A stretch of DNA of 64,000 nt. Origin: the human T2T-CHM13v2.0 reference genome, Homo sapiens. The stretch lies in the NCBI RefSeq assembly GCF_009914755.1, contig NC_060943.1; one strand, written 5' to 3'. Of this stretch, positions 13,464-26,990 are shown piece by piece. The position numbers and the translations under genes were made by a program. Numbering within the stretch: the first letter of the stretch is position 1; each line of letters begins with the position of its first letter. The notes under the pieces are model-generated. The model was given only the letters and a program-made list of their open reading frames with translations, was not told the DNA's origin and made no database searches.

Positions 13464-13760
13464 AGCTGGGTGCAATGGCTCATGTCTGTAATCCCAGCAT
13501 TTTGGGAGGCTGAGGTGGGTGGATCACTTAAGGCCACGAGCTCAAGACCAGCCTACCCAACATGGCAAAACCCCATCTCTACTAAAAATACAAAAATTTA
13601 CCAGATATGATGGCACATGCCTATAATCCCAGCTACTCAGGAGGCTGAGGCATAAGAATTGCTTGAACCCAGGAAGCAGAGGTTGCAGTGAGCTGAGATC
13701 GCACCACTGCAGCCACTACACTCCAGCCTAGGTGACAGAGTGAAACTTTGTCTCAGAAAA
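13464..13760 (+). mobile_element. AluS (Sz-like)
   Basis: Full dimer with a small internal duplication (ccactgc agccactac). Confidence 0.92.
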
Positions 13761-16095
13761 GAGAGGATCTTCCATTGTAAACATGACCAGACCTTACCCA
13801 AGAAAGAAATTCCTTTTGATGCCTTTTTAAGCAGTGTACTCAACTACCAAACAGAGCTGGGACTTCCGTCCTTCCCAAGCCACTCCTGTAGAGCAGAGAC
13901 AGGCACCTGTCTCTTCATAAGCCCTTCTTTCTCTATAGTCTGATTTGATTTGACCTGTGCGATAACTCCTATCTGTGTCTGGTATCATCACTCGTGTCTC
14001 CGAACATTTCACAGCAGTGACTGATGCCCAGACCTCCGGCTAGATGGTAGCCCTGACTGTCTGTTATCTGTGCACCTGGTCAGCCTCTCTCCACTTGGAC
14101 TCCAGCCTCTTGAGGGACTAAGCTTGCAACACCTCACATCAAATAGACCAACGAGCCACCTTGTTTGGCTGAAATATATGTTCATTCTACAATTTGGCCA
14201 TCAGGGGAAGGTAAGAAAGAAGAGAGGCAGAAAAACAGACGAAATGAAAGGGAAAAGACACACACCCAGCAGCAGAGAAAAGACATAGGAAAAAGAAAAA
14301 AAAAACCAGTTTAAGGGAGAGGGGAAAATGAATCATATACAGAAGCAAAAGAAGATTAAGGGGAGAAATTCTCTAAGATCTGCTGTCTATAAAGGAGTGA
14401 CGGACATGAGGTGAGGATTATACGGTGCTGTCCACTTGGCACAAAGGGTGCAAAGTCCTAACATCCCCCTGCCACCTGCATTTCCCACTACACCATGCTA
14501 TGAATGAGTCTCCATTCCAGCTCAAACATCCCTGCAAGCTCAAAAGTAGAAAACTTGTCCTCAGATGCAACAACTGTTGTCAGAGCAATGTTACCCTGAG
14601 TTGTGAAGAAACCTAGGTCTGCATGGAAGAAACCTGGGCTGCCCCAGTCCCTGGCCAAAGGTTTGCCAAGCACCCTCAGAAGACCTGCAATTGTCAGGGG
14701 AAGTGAACTTGGTCCCCCGTCCCCCAAATCCCTGCCCGTTCTCATTGCTTCATAGTCCAGTGCAGTCCCCGACCCAGACCCAGGCCTCCCGAGAAGCCGG
14801 TGAGGTGAAGTCATTGGAGGGAGCCTCATCCCTGATGGGTGGGCACAGGGCCTGTCTGACTTGCCCACTCATATCACTCAGAAATCTGAGGAGGTGGTGC
14901 TTGAGGGGCAGTAGAATGAGGCTCCAAGAAGTCACTCTCATCTCTGTGGGCCACGCCAGAGTTCAAGACTGGATCTTCGCTCCAATGGCCGAGGGATCTC
15001 TGGAAGGTCCCCTTTGCCACCAAAAGCCTGCCCTTTTCTGCATGTTTTGAAAGGAGTTTTCCTAAACACAGCCTCCTCCATCAGGAAGTTTGAATGTATA
15101 AACAGTGACTCTTATTCAGAAAAGCAGCGACGAGCAGTTTTATGTAAAAGTTACATCTCCATTTAAGAAAGAATATATAATTCCACATTCCACTGTCCCT
15201 CGAACTTTATTCCCATTTATGTAGATCTTAATACAGTTATATAGTCGCGGGGCTAATGTCCCCTCCGGATGGTAATGAGGTCCTCTCGAACCCGTTAGCT
15301 GCTATAAAGTATGCAGAAGTTAAATGCACAGATGGAAAAAAATTTGTCTCAATTTTATACTTCTGCAAAATGGTAATTTTGTACTTAAAATGTACAAGAT
15401 GGATGTTCAGAAATATAGGCTGATAGCCTAAATTATATTTGGTCATAATTTATGTAGTACAGTCCCAAAGAGATACAAAAAGGCAGAGCATAATTTATCT
15501 GCTGGAATCAGCGATAGCTTTGCTAAAACTCCCATTTATTCCATCCCCCATAGTTTTAAGCAGCCTTCGTCCTCAGGGCTCACTCTATTTAAGTTTTCCA
15601 TACTGCTGTTTGATCACATATTGTACTCTATAATTTGCCTATCATCTGAAGCAAATTTAGGTCCCAGAAGTTATGATCTCTACATAGCAACCACTTTATT
15701 TGGTAAATGCAAAATATTTATAGCAATATAAAAACCAGATGAAAATAAAATTCCTATAATCATTGGAACATACACACTTTATCATTGGGGCTTGTAAGAC
15801 CATTAGAGTAAGACTAGTATGTTGACTAATACAATTACCTTTGGACGCTCACTCGAATTTGCTGATGCTTGGGAACTGGAGAAACTTTTTCTCCAGCATC
15901 CCTTCCATCTTGCCAATGGTGAAAAAACAAAACAAAACAAAACATCTGGGCACGGGCTCCAGAGAGAATTGCCCCAGAGGAAATGAGTTGAAAAGCGAAA
16001 GTCAGATAAGTCATCACTGTGCCTCAGATGTGGAAAGGAATTTCCAAGTAAAAACACACTGCTTGGCAATGGCACTGCCCTGGATGGGTTCACCT

Positions 16096-16229
16096 CTTAC
16101 CTTCCAGGGAAACTGACCAAACCAAGGAATGCTGACCCTAAGTCCCTCCTGGAGCCGAGATCAGTGAATTCCTACACGAATCGGATGACACGGCCTCTTC
16201 TTTGAGCCTCTCTCCAATGCTAGTCTTCT
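16096..16229 (+). repeat. 134-bp dispersed duplication, copy 2 (probable source)
   Basis: Aligns to 12886-13019 and retains more CpGs. Confidence 0.97.
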
Positions 16230-16306
16230 CACACCTCTAACTTCTTTGTGTGTGTTTGTGTGTCTGTGCTTCCAAAATTGTTACTTGGAGATGTTCAGGC
16301 TGGAAC
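16101..16306 (-). other. Candidate non-coding exon
   Basis: Minus-strand acceptor tgtgtcatgttgtag| and donor GAAG|GTAAGA; no transcript evidence is available. Confidence 0.3.
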
Positions 16307-16590
16307 CTACAACATGACACAGTCCATCAACGCTCCTCGCAAAGCAACGAGCTCTTCAAAACAGAGTGGAGAGAGAAAACAGGGAAGGGACAGGCCCCAA
16401 ACTGAAATGTGCACATGAAAACCTGAGGGAATAACGTTACTATGCATATTCACATACACTTGTTGAGTGTCTGTTCTCTGCAAGCACTGTCTAGGACAGA
16501 ATGCTATTAGGACAGAATGCTGTTCAAATAAGTGTTCAGGTGACTTTCGCTTATGCATAGGACCCTGCCCTAGGTTCTTTCTAGTCCTCA

Positions 16591-17121
<531 letters not shown>

Positions 17122-17819
17122 CTATGCAGGGATATTGCTTCTCTGTCTTCAGACCTCTCCCCGCCCACCTCAACCCCCTTCCATCCGCCCTCAAGGTTGC
17201 CTTCAGCTGAGTGAAGATGAAATAAAACCCCAGCTGCATCTCTCTGATAAAAACTTCAACTGAAGCCTCATATATTTTGTAGATACTAAAGATCTCATGG
17301 CTCTTTGAAGACGAGTGTTGTATTAATCATTGTGGTTGTTCAGATTATTTCCTCATTTTTAACATTGCTCGAGCCCTCTACCACAGAGCCACCATTTCTG
17401 TGTCCAGGGTAGTGAGGCCCTAAGAGATACCCTAGATTCCTCTTTATAGCCACTTCCTCCTTCATTGCAACTTAGCTCCAGCTCCAGCTCCCTAAGTCTA
17501 AGGGAATCTCCCCATTTTTAACTTTTTTACCCAAAACATGCTTAAGCAGAAATCAACTGAATGCATATTTGAATAGCATTCTGTTCTAATCCAAATATTA
17601 TTCTACAAGGTCCATTTTAAAGTCTGTTTTTTCATATATCACACTGGAGGGAGAGAGAGAAAGAATATAGCTCAAAATAAATGTGTAAAAAAAAACGAAA
17701 GAGATCATAAGGGCAGAGGAAATAACTTGGTCTAATTTATCTCCTGATTCTATAATTATTTCAAAACCAAATACAGGTTCCTAAAGTATCAGTGTGGAAA
17801 GGAGCCCTAATGCACCAGA

Positions 17820-17920
17820 ACTGCTCATTCCACAACTGGGGAAACTGAGGCTCATAAGAGAAGTCTTACATACACCAGTAAGGAGAACAGCTAGGTCTCT
17901 ATTTGGGTCTTGCTCGGTAG
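17820..17920 (-). mobile_element. MIR fragment
   Basis: ggggaaactgaggctcataagagaagt. Confidence 0.5.
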
Positions 17921-18366
17921 CATGTGAACAATGTGTCTGTTCTCAAAAGGCAGTAACTATTGCAATCAGTTGGGAACTCAAGAATATCTGACATATGGGA
18001 CCATCCATGACTTGTCTCCAGTCCTCTTATAGCCTGTGGGCAGGGAGATGGGTTTCATTTGCCTATTGTCTGTTCATCAGCACTCCTCCCCATGCAAGGG
18101 TAGAGGAAGCAAGAGGGTATGTTGACTTTTATCAAGAGCCTGCAGGCTGGGCATTTAGTTTGAGCTTTCTCCCTCTACCTTCAGGCAATCCTATGCATGG
18201 CTCCAACGTGCAGGTGAGGCTCAGTCAAGGGCAGTCATTTTCCCAAGGACACACACAACCAAGCCCAATAATTGATAATACTACTGTACAGGTTACTTCA
18301 GAGAAAGGAACTATTAATGTTGCCTTGGGGAGTAGGAAACAACATTCTAGTTGAATCTTCTAGGAC

Positions 18367-18494
18367 GGGATGGTATTTGCATGCAGAGGACAATTTGTGG
18401 GCAGAGGTGCTAAGGTCCCAGTAAATATTTAGGATGGTGTTTGCACACAGAGGACAATTTGTGCACAGAGCTCCTAAGACCCCTGTAAATATTT
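18367..18494. repeat. 64-bp tandem duplication (2 copies)
   Basis: 18367-18430 versus 18431-18494, about 11 mismatches. Confidence 0.9.
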
Positions 18495-19649
18495 GCTCCA
18501 TGTTCACAGTCCAAGGAGGGAGAAAACGTGCAAAGGCCCTGAAGAGAGAGGCTTTAAAAACCCACAGGAAGCTCTTTCCAAGTGTTGCAAAGGGAATGGT
18601 TGTTCATCCTTTTCTTAGGAATCGTTCGACCTAGCCCTGCCTCCCAGCCACCCTGCAGCCAGGAGCTCTGATGTGTGATATTATATAGAGTTCAGGAATG
18701 TGAAAGGCACCACATAAAATCAAATTCTCTTCTATTTTAAGTTGAGTGGTGCATCAGTTCAGCTTTAAAACCTGATTTCTTAAAAGTTTCAAAGGGAAAA
18801 AAAATGTTCCTTTGCAATTGGAATCGAGTCCACATAAATTAGCAGGCCAGCTCTACATATCCATCTTTCCGAACTTTCCTGGATTGTTCATTTTAATCAA
18901 GCGGCCCACATTCTTGACTTTTCATCCTTCACTGCCCAGAATGATGCACTGCAGCTACTGATGACACGCAAATGTTAATTTTGTTCAAGTTCAAACATCA
19001 TCCAAAAAGGGCCTATTTTAAAGACTGCTTTGCAAACACCAGCTGAAAATGAGGATGAACCGAATCAAACACCGCCAAGAAATTCAGAGGAGGGAAAGCT
19101 GTGGTCTTAAGGAAACTCACAAGTTTTTTTTTCTCTAGATCCTCAACCTCTCCAAGGCCGAGAGTAGAATCCTTGATGTCTAGAGCTGGAAGGGAAATCA
19201 GATTTCACCCCAGCCCTGCCCAAGGTCATTCAGTGTGGTAGGGAAGGGACGAGATAATTCAACTCTTCCCCTGGGTAAAAGAGCCTTCCTAAAATGTGAA
19301 ACCAGTGAAACCATGTATTTCAAGTCTTTCTGTCATTTAGTAGGTTTCAGGAGCAGCAGGATACATCACACACACACACACACAGGCACAGGCACACAAC
19401 AGGTTTATTTTAGAACTCTGGCTCACCCCTTAACCAACTACCACTTCCTCTATCCCGTCTTCTTCAGTATAGGATGTCACTATTGCCCAGTGAGGGCACA
19501 AGAGTGACAGTTGTTCAGAGATGCTTCAACAGGAATCGTGCACTTGAATAAGGAGAAATCAGCCAAGTTCCTATTTCTTCATGGCTGAAATTGTCTGAGA
19601 TTTGGCATCTGCTTTTTTGCCTTTGCACCCAATGAAGCTGCATGAGAAA

Positions 19650-19760
19650 AGGACATCATCTGTATGAGTCACTACCACATCCCCCTGGAGCCTAAAACAG
19701 GGCCTTGGTGCCTCGTGAGCACCCAATGAATATTTCTGAACAAATGAAGAAATGAAATCA
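19650..19760 (+). mobile_element. L2 3' end fragment
   Basis: catccccctggagcctaaaacagggcc...caatgaatatttctgaacaaatgaa. Confidence 0.55.
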
Positions 19761-20229
19761 CTCTGGTCTATTATTTACCAGGATCCTTCAAAGCAGGACA
19801 GTACTATGGAAGGTCTCAGCATAGAGGTTAGAGATCTGAGGGTCCCTAAGTCGTTGAGCGCCATCTCACAGCAACATGGCCCTAGAGAATAAATCCATCT
19901 GAAAGCTTTGGCCCCAGGGATCTCAACGGCCTTGCCTCTAGAATACCAGCCTCATGTAAACAAGCCATCGGCAGTGACAAGTACCAGTTTCCATGGCCCA
20001 TCAGACTAAACTGTTCACAGTGGCGGCCCATCTTCTGAAAGAACAGAAAAGACACTGCAACGTCAAGAAAAAAATGACTGCCGCTATTCCCTGAGCGATA
20101 ACAGCCGCTCTTGAAATGCAGGACATGTTTCATTTGGCTTATAATAATTGTGTACTGTCTTTTAACCCTCAAAGTGTTAAGCATTGTCATATCCTCTGGG
20201 GATGAAAAGATCTGGGGTTAACAACTTTC

Positions 20230-20900
20230 TCTTTTAAAAATTCATAAAGGTGCAAATAAACAGCATTGCATCCAGTGGCTATGCATTGCAAGAAGCCAAG
20301 GGAGAAAGAGGAAAAAAAAAGACCACAACAACAACATTACCCCCCACAGGATACTTGGCAATTAACTGCAGCTATGTCAGCAATTTTTTGAAAAATTTCC
20401 TAAACATGGAGAAGACTCATCCTCACCATATGAAAAACAAAGCTACTGCAGTGACTCTCCCATGCATTACAATGTGTGTGTCTTACTTCTTAACCAAGCC
20501 GCTAATCACGCAAATTATTGCAACTAATTACATTTGAAGGTCTAATTAATTCTTTCAGTACCACATCATTTAGTACGCATTCACAACACAGCACCTGTTT
20601 TGAAAATCCTTGCAGTTAATTTGTTTATAAACAAACACTATTTGCATAAAATGTTTAATGAATGGTTTAACAGTTAGTACAATACTCCAGTTTTGTCTTC
20701 GTAGATCTGAGGTCATCAAAGGCCACGATAAATTAATTTTAAACTATACAAATTAATTTAAATAGAATGTGTGAATTTCTCATTAATAAAGAAAACATTT
20801 TCAACATGTTAATTAATATCTCTGTAACAGGCTAATTGCTTCCTGCACAACAAGTACATCTTACAAGCAAACCTTAAAGATTTGGGGGGCAAAGGGGTGG
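20230..20900. promoter_or_regulatory. Candidate developmental enhancer (FOX palindrome, octamer, TCF and homeobox motifs)
   Basis: TTTGTTTATAAACAAA 20620-20635; ATTTGCAT 20640-20647; CATCAAAG 20714-20721; AAATTAATTT at 20730 and 20750. Confidence 0.55.
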
Positions 20901-23900
20901 GGACTATTTTAAAACTGCAAAACAAAAAGTGCAATTCAGAAAAAACACACACAGCCCGATTATACTGGAGAATTCACCACTTAGGACAGGCAAACCAAGA
21001 AAGGAAGCTGTTGCCTTATGTTACAAATACAACACATTTTAGTCATCGAGAACGGGACGGTTGAAAAACATTTCTATCACAGGTGCAGTTACGCTGCAAA
21101 GATGGTTAGATGATGTCTGCCTTCTGGTAGAAAGACAGAATTAATGAAAATATTAGTTCTGAGAGTGAAGATCTCTCCTTTGAATGTAGGGCATATTAGC
21201 TGTGTTTGTAACCCAATGGTAAATACGGATTTCATTAAACAAATCTGCATCTTCACACCAGTGTCTGAGGCTCAGCCATCATAATTCTCCCTGTGGCAAA
21301 CCATGGAAAGATACTTCACGTAGAAACTAAAGAGGAACAACATTATAGCCCAACATCAAGCACAGCCCTTGCAAAAGCCGTCACTGAGATATGTTCGCCC
21401 TTAAGTTTGTTTCCGATTTGCAAGCGTTTTCACATTTGATAAGCACCTGTTGTAAATTTACATCCACGCAGGAAGTATTCTTATGCTAGGGAGCTGAGAA
21501 TTGTAAAGCATGTTTATACTCTTACCCTTTTGTGGTGTTGCCCCTTAATGCACAGGCTGATAAAATGACTAGCTACACAGGACCCAGAGGGATGTGCCGC
21601 TCCACCTGGTTCCCGCCGCATCTTCCCCCGAGGAGCCACTAGTCCCTTCCTCCTGGAACAGGTTCTGTCAGCACTGATCAACAAGCACTTGGTTTTTGTT
21701 TTAAGTTTGTTAATTTGGAGAGGACATGGAGAGACAGGGAGCGAGGGAGAGAGAGAGAGAGTGTGTATGTTCAGGGTGTGGGGGTAGAACGACAGAAAGA
21801 CAAAGAGAAGCACAAATACAGACTTCCCAACACTTTTCTGGGACCTGCCAATGTATTTCCAAGAAAACAATGGAAAAACAGTAGGAGTTCCATCCTGATA
21901 GCACCAGGGGAAAAGAAGAATTTGCCCAACCTCTGATTGGACCCAGATTTCCAGGGTGGTGCTGCTACTCGTCAGAAAACACTTGGCCACATGGCCCCTT
22001 GGTCCTGATATTTCTTTGGAGGTGTATATAGAATAAGACTATCCCAAGCACCCTGCTCCCAAACTACCCTGGTGAACCCAGTATGGTGTGAAAACCCCTT
22101 TGCTTTGCTCTTTTGCCAGATAAATGCCAGCCAGCCTCCCTGTCTCTGGGGCCCTGGAGAGGCCTTCAACACACCTGGCCTCACTGCCCTGTGGCTTCAA
22201 CAAAGAGGCCGAGCATCTCCTATAAACCTTGAGGTCCATGGATGACATAGCGGAATGATGGATTTCAGAAAAGGCAGGTGCTTCCCACTCTTTAAATTTT
22301 TGTTTATTCTTTCCAAGTTTCCCATCAACAGCCCTGCAGTAAAAATTCAGGGCTTCAGAGACAAATATTTCATGAGTACAGACTGTGATGAGGAAAAGCA
22401 AGCCATTCCCTCTCTATCAGGATCCAGAGGTAAGCTGCTGCTTTGCTCTTAAAACGCAAGAAAAAAAAAGTGATTAACGGTTGGCACAGGACTCAGGATT
22501 ATACGCCATTTCCATGTTGACTTCTTTTTGGAAAAGATACTCAGGATAGCCATGTGAGGAGTTACTCCGGGTTTCGGCCCCATAGCCAGCTAGAACTGAG
22601 GTTCAAGGGGCAGAGGGTGAACTCCCCAGCAGAGACAGAACGGGGCAGGAGGGGGGCAGGAGGAGGGCAGGAGGCGGGTGGCTGTCAGACAAAATGCTTC
22701 CATCCCAGAACAAGCAGAAACAGGCGCACCACTCTGCAATATAAAAGTCAGAAAGCCTTGCAACCTAGATGCAACCCAGGGACTTCCCCCTTGCAGCCAG
22801 CAGCCAAGGCAGCTTCTAGGCACTGTGTGGCTGTATTTAAACCCAACTTGGTCCCTAACTTCTCTCCAAAGCCGGTCAAGTTGCCCCACCCTAAGCATCC
22901 AGATGACAGGCTCCTGCCTCCCCTCTTGCACAAAATCATTCCCGGATGTAGAGCCTGGCTTTTTCTCTTTACCCATTAAAAATCACCAGCGTTTTGCAAA
23001 TAAAGGCGATCACCATGTGAAAAATTATCTTTTAAAATGGAGTTTAATTTGCATATAAGGAACGAGAGATTTATGACAAGCAACATCGTCCAGTACTGCA
23101 TCTGCCTAGTATCAGTCGTAATTTAGATTGTTTGTGACTGATCTTAAATTCTAAAGCTTGGAGAAGATGAAGTACTCTGTTGCTGTATTATTGTCAGGAG
23201 TCTAAGACTTACCAGAGATTTATTAGTAATCTTATCACAAACATGTCTCAAGTTTTTGCTTTTAATATGTGCCAAGCTCCTCTGAGGAATTTTCCTCACT
23301 GCAATTATATTCCTCAATGCCTGCATTCTGAAGCTGAGTTGATTTCCTTCCCAAAATAAAGCGACCTATCATTACACCACAGCCGCTCTTGTACATTTTT
23401 CCTCTGCTACTTAATAATCAATGTATTCATCATTAAAATCTGAGCCCTGAAGCAATGGTTTTTAGCATATTCTAATGACTAGCGACTTGCAAATTACAAT
23501 GACCTTTCATGTACATTCTGTAAGCACCTTGTTCTAATGTGTACTGTATTTATAGTTTGCCAATACAAACTAGCCAAAGATTGGATAATTACTGTAATCT
23601 ATTAGCTCGATTGCTTTCCCTGCTCATTTATAGCATGTGCCACGCAGGCCATTTTCAAAAACTGGCCTATCTTTCATCTCCCGCAAGCTCAGAAAGTAAG
23701 GGATACTTCATCTTCACAATATACACACTTACAAATGTCTGAAGAACAGCCCGTCTCAGCTCAAGGAGGTTTCAAAAATAAAGAACCTTCTTTCCTATTA
23801 GTGTCATAATGCTATTTGTGACTGACAAAAAACACCGCTCCGAGAATGTAAACTTTCATTGAAGAATGTCAAGGCCAGTCCCATTTTCTGCCCATTACTC

Positions 23901-26339
23901 TGACCTCCAAATAGCATTTAATAAGATCTGCTTTGAAAGAAAAAGATAAAGGCACTTCCCTTAAACAAGAAACAATTTTTTTTGTTATAAGTAAATGTTT
24001 CAAGTGAAATATTAAACTTTTTCTTTTCTTCTTTTTCTTTTTTTTTTTTTTTTTTTTAAGCACACTGCTGTTACGACTCCAGAACCGATAAGGAAGCTAT
24101 GTGTGGAAGTATGAGCTCAGGTCGCCTTCTGACCCTCTGTGACGGTCTATTTCAGGCAGTTATGGATAGATAACATTACAGACACTGGTAATTAAAACAA
24201 CACTAATTTTGTCTCTGTGGCCACGCTTTGTTGTTAGAAGCCATCTATCATGGCCTTCACGCATCACGCAATGAGAAGACATTTGTCTACGTACATTGTG
24301 CTTGGTCAACGGTTTTACGGATTTCCCCGCGTACCTGGACACCCAGGCACTTTTAAAGACGTACTGCCTTCATTTCTACTCTATTACTCTGATTAATAAA
24401 ACATTTTGCATGCTTCATCAAAACACCCTGCAAGCTTTTCACCACATATATTCATGGGGGGGGAAGCAATGTTAATTTCTTTCCCTTTTAGAAAGAAACT
24501 AACAACAACAACAACAAAAGAAATTCTCTTTTGGATTGGAAGAGAGAAAGAAAAATTCAAATATGGAAATATTTGTCTTCCCTGTAAAACAGAGTCCAGC
24601 CTAATGAAAAGCATAATATTAAAACACACACACAATGCCAAGCATCTCCTTTAAGGCTACACGTATTTTTGACTATATGTATCGTTAGTTCTTTTCTGTG
24701 CATTCATTTGCTTGATTTATGGACACTCAATTTCACTTCACCTTTTATTACAAGATCTACAGTTACATTAAGAGTAATAGCAAGTCAAATGTTTTTATAT
24801 TTGGGCAATTAAAAAAAAAGAAAAGATCTATTCCTTGGGCCCTTATAAGAAATTAGGGATAGCTGAAATGCAAGATGACTAGTTTAGTTCTGTTGTAATC
24901 AACTAAGAAGAAACTGTAATGGTGCATTTCAAGGGATCTTTAACAAGTGACACAAACAAGAGAAGAAGCAGACAGGACCATTTAACTTCAAACTCCACCG
25001 AAGAGAGCTGAATTGTAAGCTTCCTACAGCAAGCCCGGCTGGCGGCTATGTGGCAGTCTTCATTTCTCAGCGGAAAAGCCACTCCCTTGAGACTCTCCAG
25101 GCACCCCCAACCGCATTTTTTATCAAGTGTCTAAAAGGTAGGAGCTGTTAGAATTCTTTTCTCTATTCACAGATGATCACAGCCCTTTTTTCCCCTTTAG
25201 CTTGCAGACGCACATGTAGTTTCAAATATTAGCTAGAACTCCAGCCCTCACCAGCCCCTAACTGCTCTCTCAGGGAAGGTATCATAAACTCAGGTATGGC
25301 TGACACAGATGTAGCTTCAACTTTATGCAGGCAGGAATGCTACATCAAAGCTATTTGCAAAGTGACATAGCTAGTTGTTTAAAAGAACATTTTTATTATA
25401 TTCCTTGGAATTTGCATTCTTCTAGAAACCAAGTGTATTTTTTAACACGGCCTCAGAAATGTTGGGGCAATTGACCATTCATGATGTCTGCAAAGGAAAA
25501 GCATCTAAATATTTTTCAAGCGACTTTAATAAATTTGAGTGCGTCTGTCACTACATGTAACCTGATTATTTAAATAAGTTAATATTATCACTTCTCTTTT
25601 GCCAGCTGCTGTAAGCAGTCGGCTGCTGTCATTAAGCAAAAAGGCCAAGACAATGTGAGTTTATCTGGTCCTACCTGCATTTCTACTCATCGTTGGACTG
25701 AAACAAATGGGAAAGAAAAACTTACTGACTTTTGGCGAACTACAAAGGTTAACTCTATTCATCATGGAGAAACTGATACTAAGTGCTTTCTGTCTGTCCA
25801 TATATTCTAAAGATTTAGAAGGAACCTGGTAGTGTTCCTGGGAGACAGAAGACAGAGTGTTCATCTTTGCCATATGCAGAGTGTCTCTTGCAGTTTTCTC
25901 TTTACCTCACTGGCACTGCTGAAATCCTTCTTAGACTACAGAGTTTTGGAAACAAGTTTATTTTTCAATGAGTTAAAAAGCCAAAGCTTTTCTTTCTTAG
26001 GATCTTTAACTCTTTTAAGGTAAGTGGCAGGGTTTGAAGCTGCTGTTAACCGTTTGAGGAGAAGGAGCTCAATAGCTTGCAGTGATAGGAAGAGAATTCT
26101 CATCACCCAGGTTGCAATAAAACGTGCCTCTCCCGATACCAGTAAAGCCCACTCCGGAGATTTCCAGAGACTGTTGGAAGGCAGTGGAAGGTAAACCCAG
26201 AGGAAACACAAGATAAAGGCAACCAGGTGGCCTGGTTCTTAAATCTTAAAGCAACAGTTCCAAAGTTGAGAGCCCGCATTGCACTCTATTGCACAGCCTG
26301 ACAGGAGAAGGGACGAGGAAGTTCAGAACCTGGCAATTG

Positions 26340-26930
26340 GAGTGTTTCCCAGCGCCGGGTCCCACCGCGCACCGCACCGAACAAGAAATCTTTTTCACTT
26401 TCTATAACTCATTTGCATGAATTTACTTTTTTGCCTTAAGAGGTTGTTGTAATGTGTGTTAAAACACACAGTGCAATTTTATCTCCATAATATCACAAAA
26501 GAAATATTATGTTAGTATAAAAGTTAAAAAAAAATGCTGCGAGATCCTGCAGCACGGCGAGCGGCAAAGCGTTGCTCAAAAGCGCCACCCAAAGGCGGGA
26601 GGAGTGTAACGGCATTCAGGGAGGATCGTTTTTGTTAATTTCAGCAATCCGAATGTAAAAAATGACAGCGCCACGCAAGTTGACGGAGGCTTTTGATTGA
26701 ATTGACTGATTGCCTCAGCTGCACCTGCGGAAAATTGATGACAATGCTGTCTAAACCATTCATTAGGATTTGAAACTTCACGCAGATGAATGCTGGATTC
26801 ATAAATTTGCTAGACATGTGTTGTAGATAATATGACAAAGCACTGTTTTCAAATGAACATTTCTTTGACCTAATTTTATCAAAATCATGCAAAGGAATGA
26901 AAGAACATTTGTACCCGAACTCTTTGGAAC
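26340..26930. promoter_or_regulatory. Candidate enhancer/insulator, CpG-retaining, with a CTCF-like motif
   Basis: About 19 CpG in 26350-26690; minus-strand CCTTTGGGTGGCGCT at ~26581-26595; octamer at 26411. Confidence 0.5.
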
Positions 26931-26944
26931 AGCTGCAACTGAGG

Positions 26945-26990
26945 TCTCTCTCTCCATCTCTCCCTCTCTCTTTCTCTCTCTCTCTCTTTA
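26945..26990. repeat. (CT)n imperfect microsatellite
   Basis: Directly visible. Confidence 0.8.

Noticed and set aside
16490-16523. Short tandem duplications (taggacagaatgct x2; also ~56280 and ~61351)
   Set aside because: Ordinary slippage events, not arrays; no repeat-spacer structure.
21514-21990. Possible minus-strand exon/ORF with a donor at ~21525
   Set aside because: The pyrimidine tract at ~21720-21760 has no properly placed AG, and the protein is unrecognisable.
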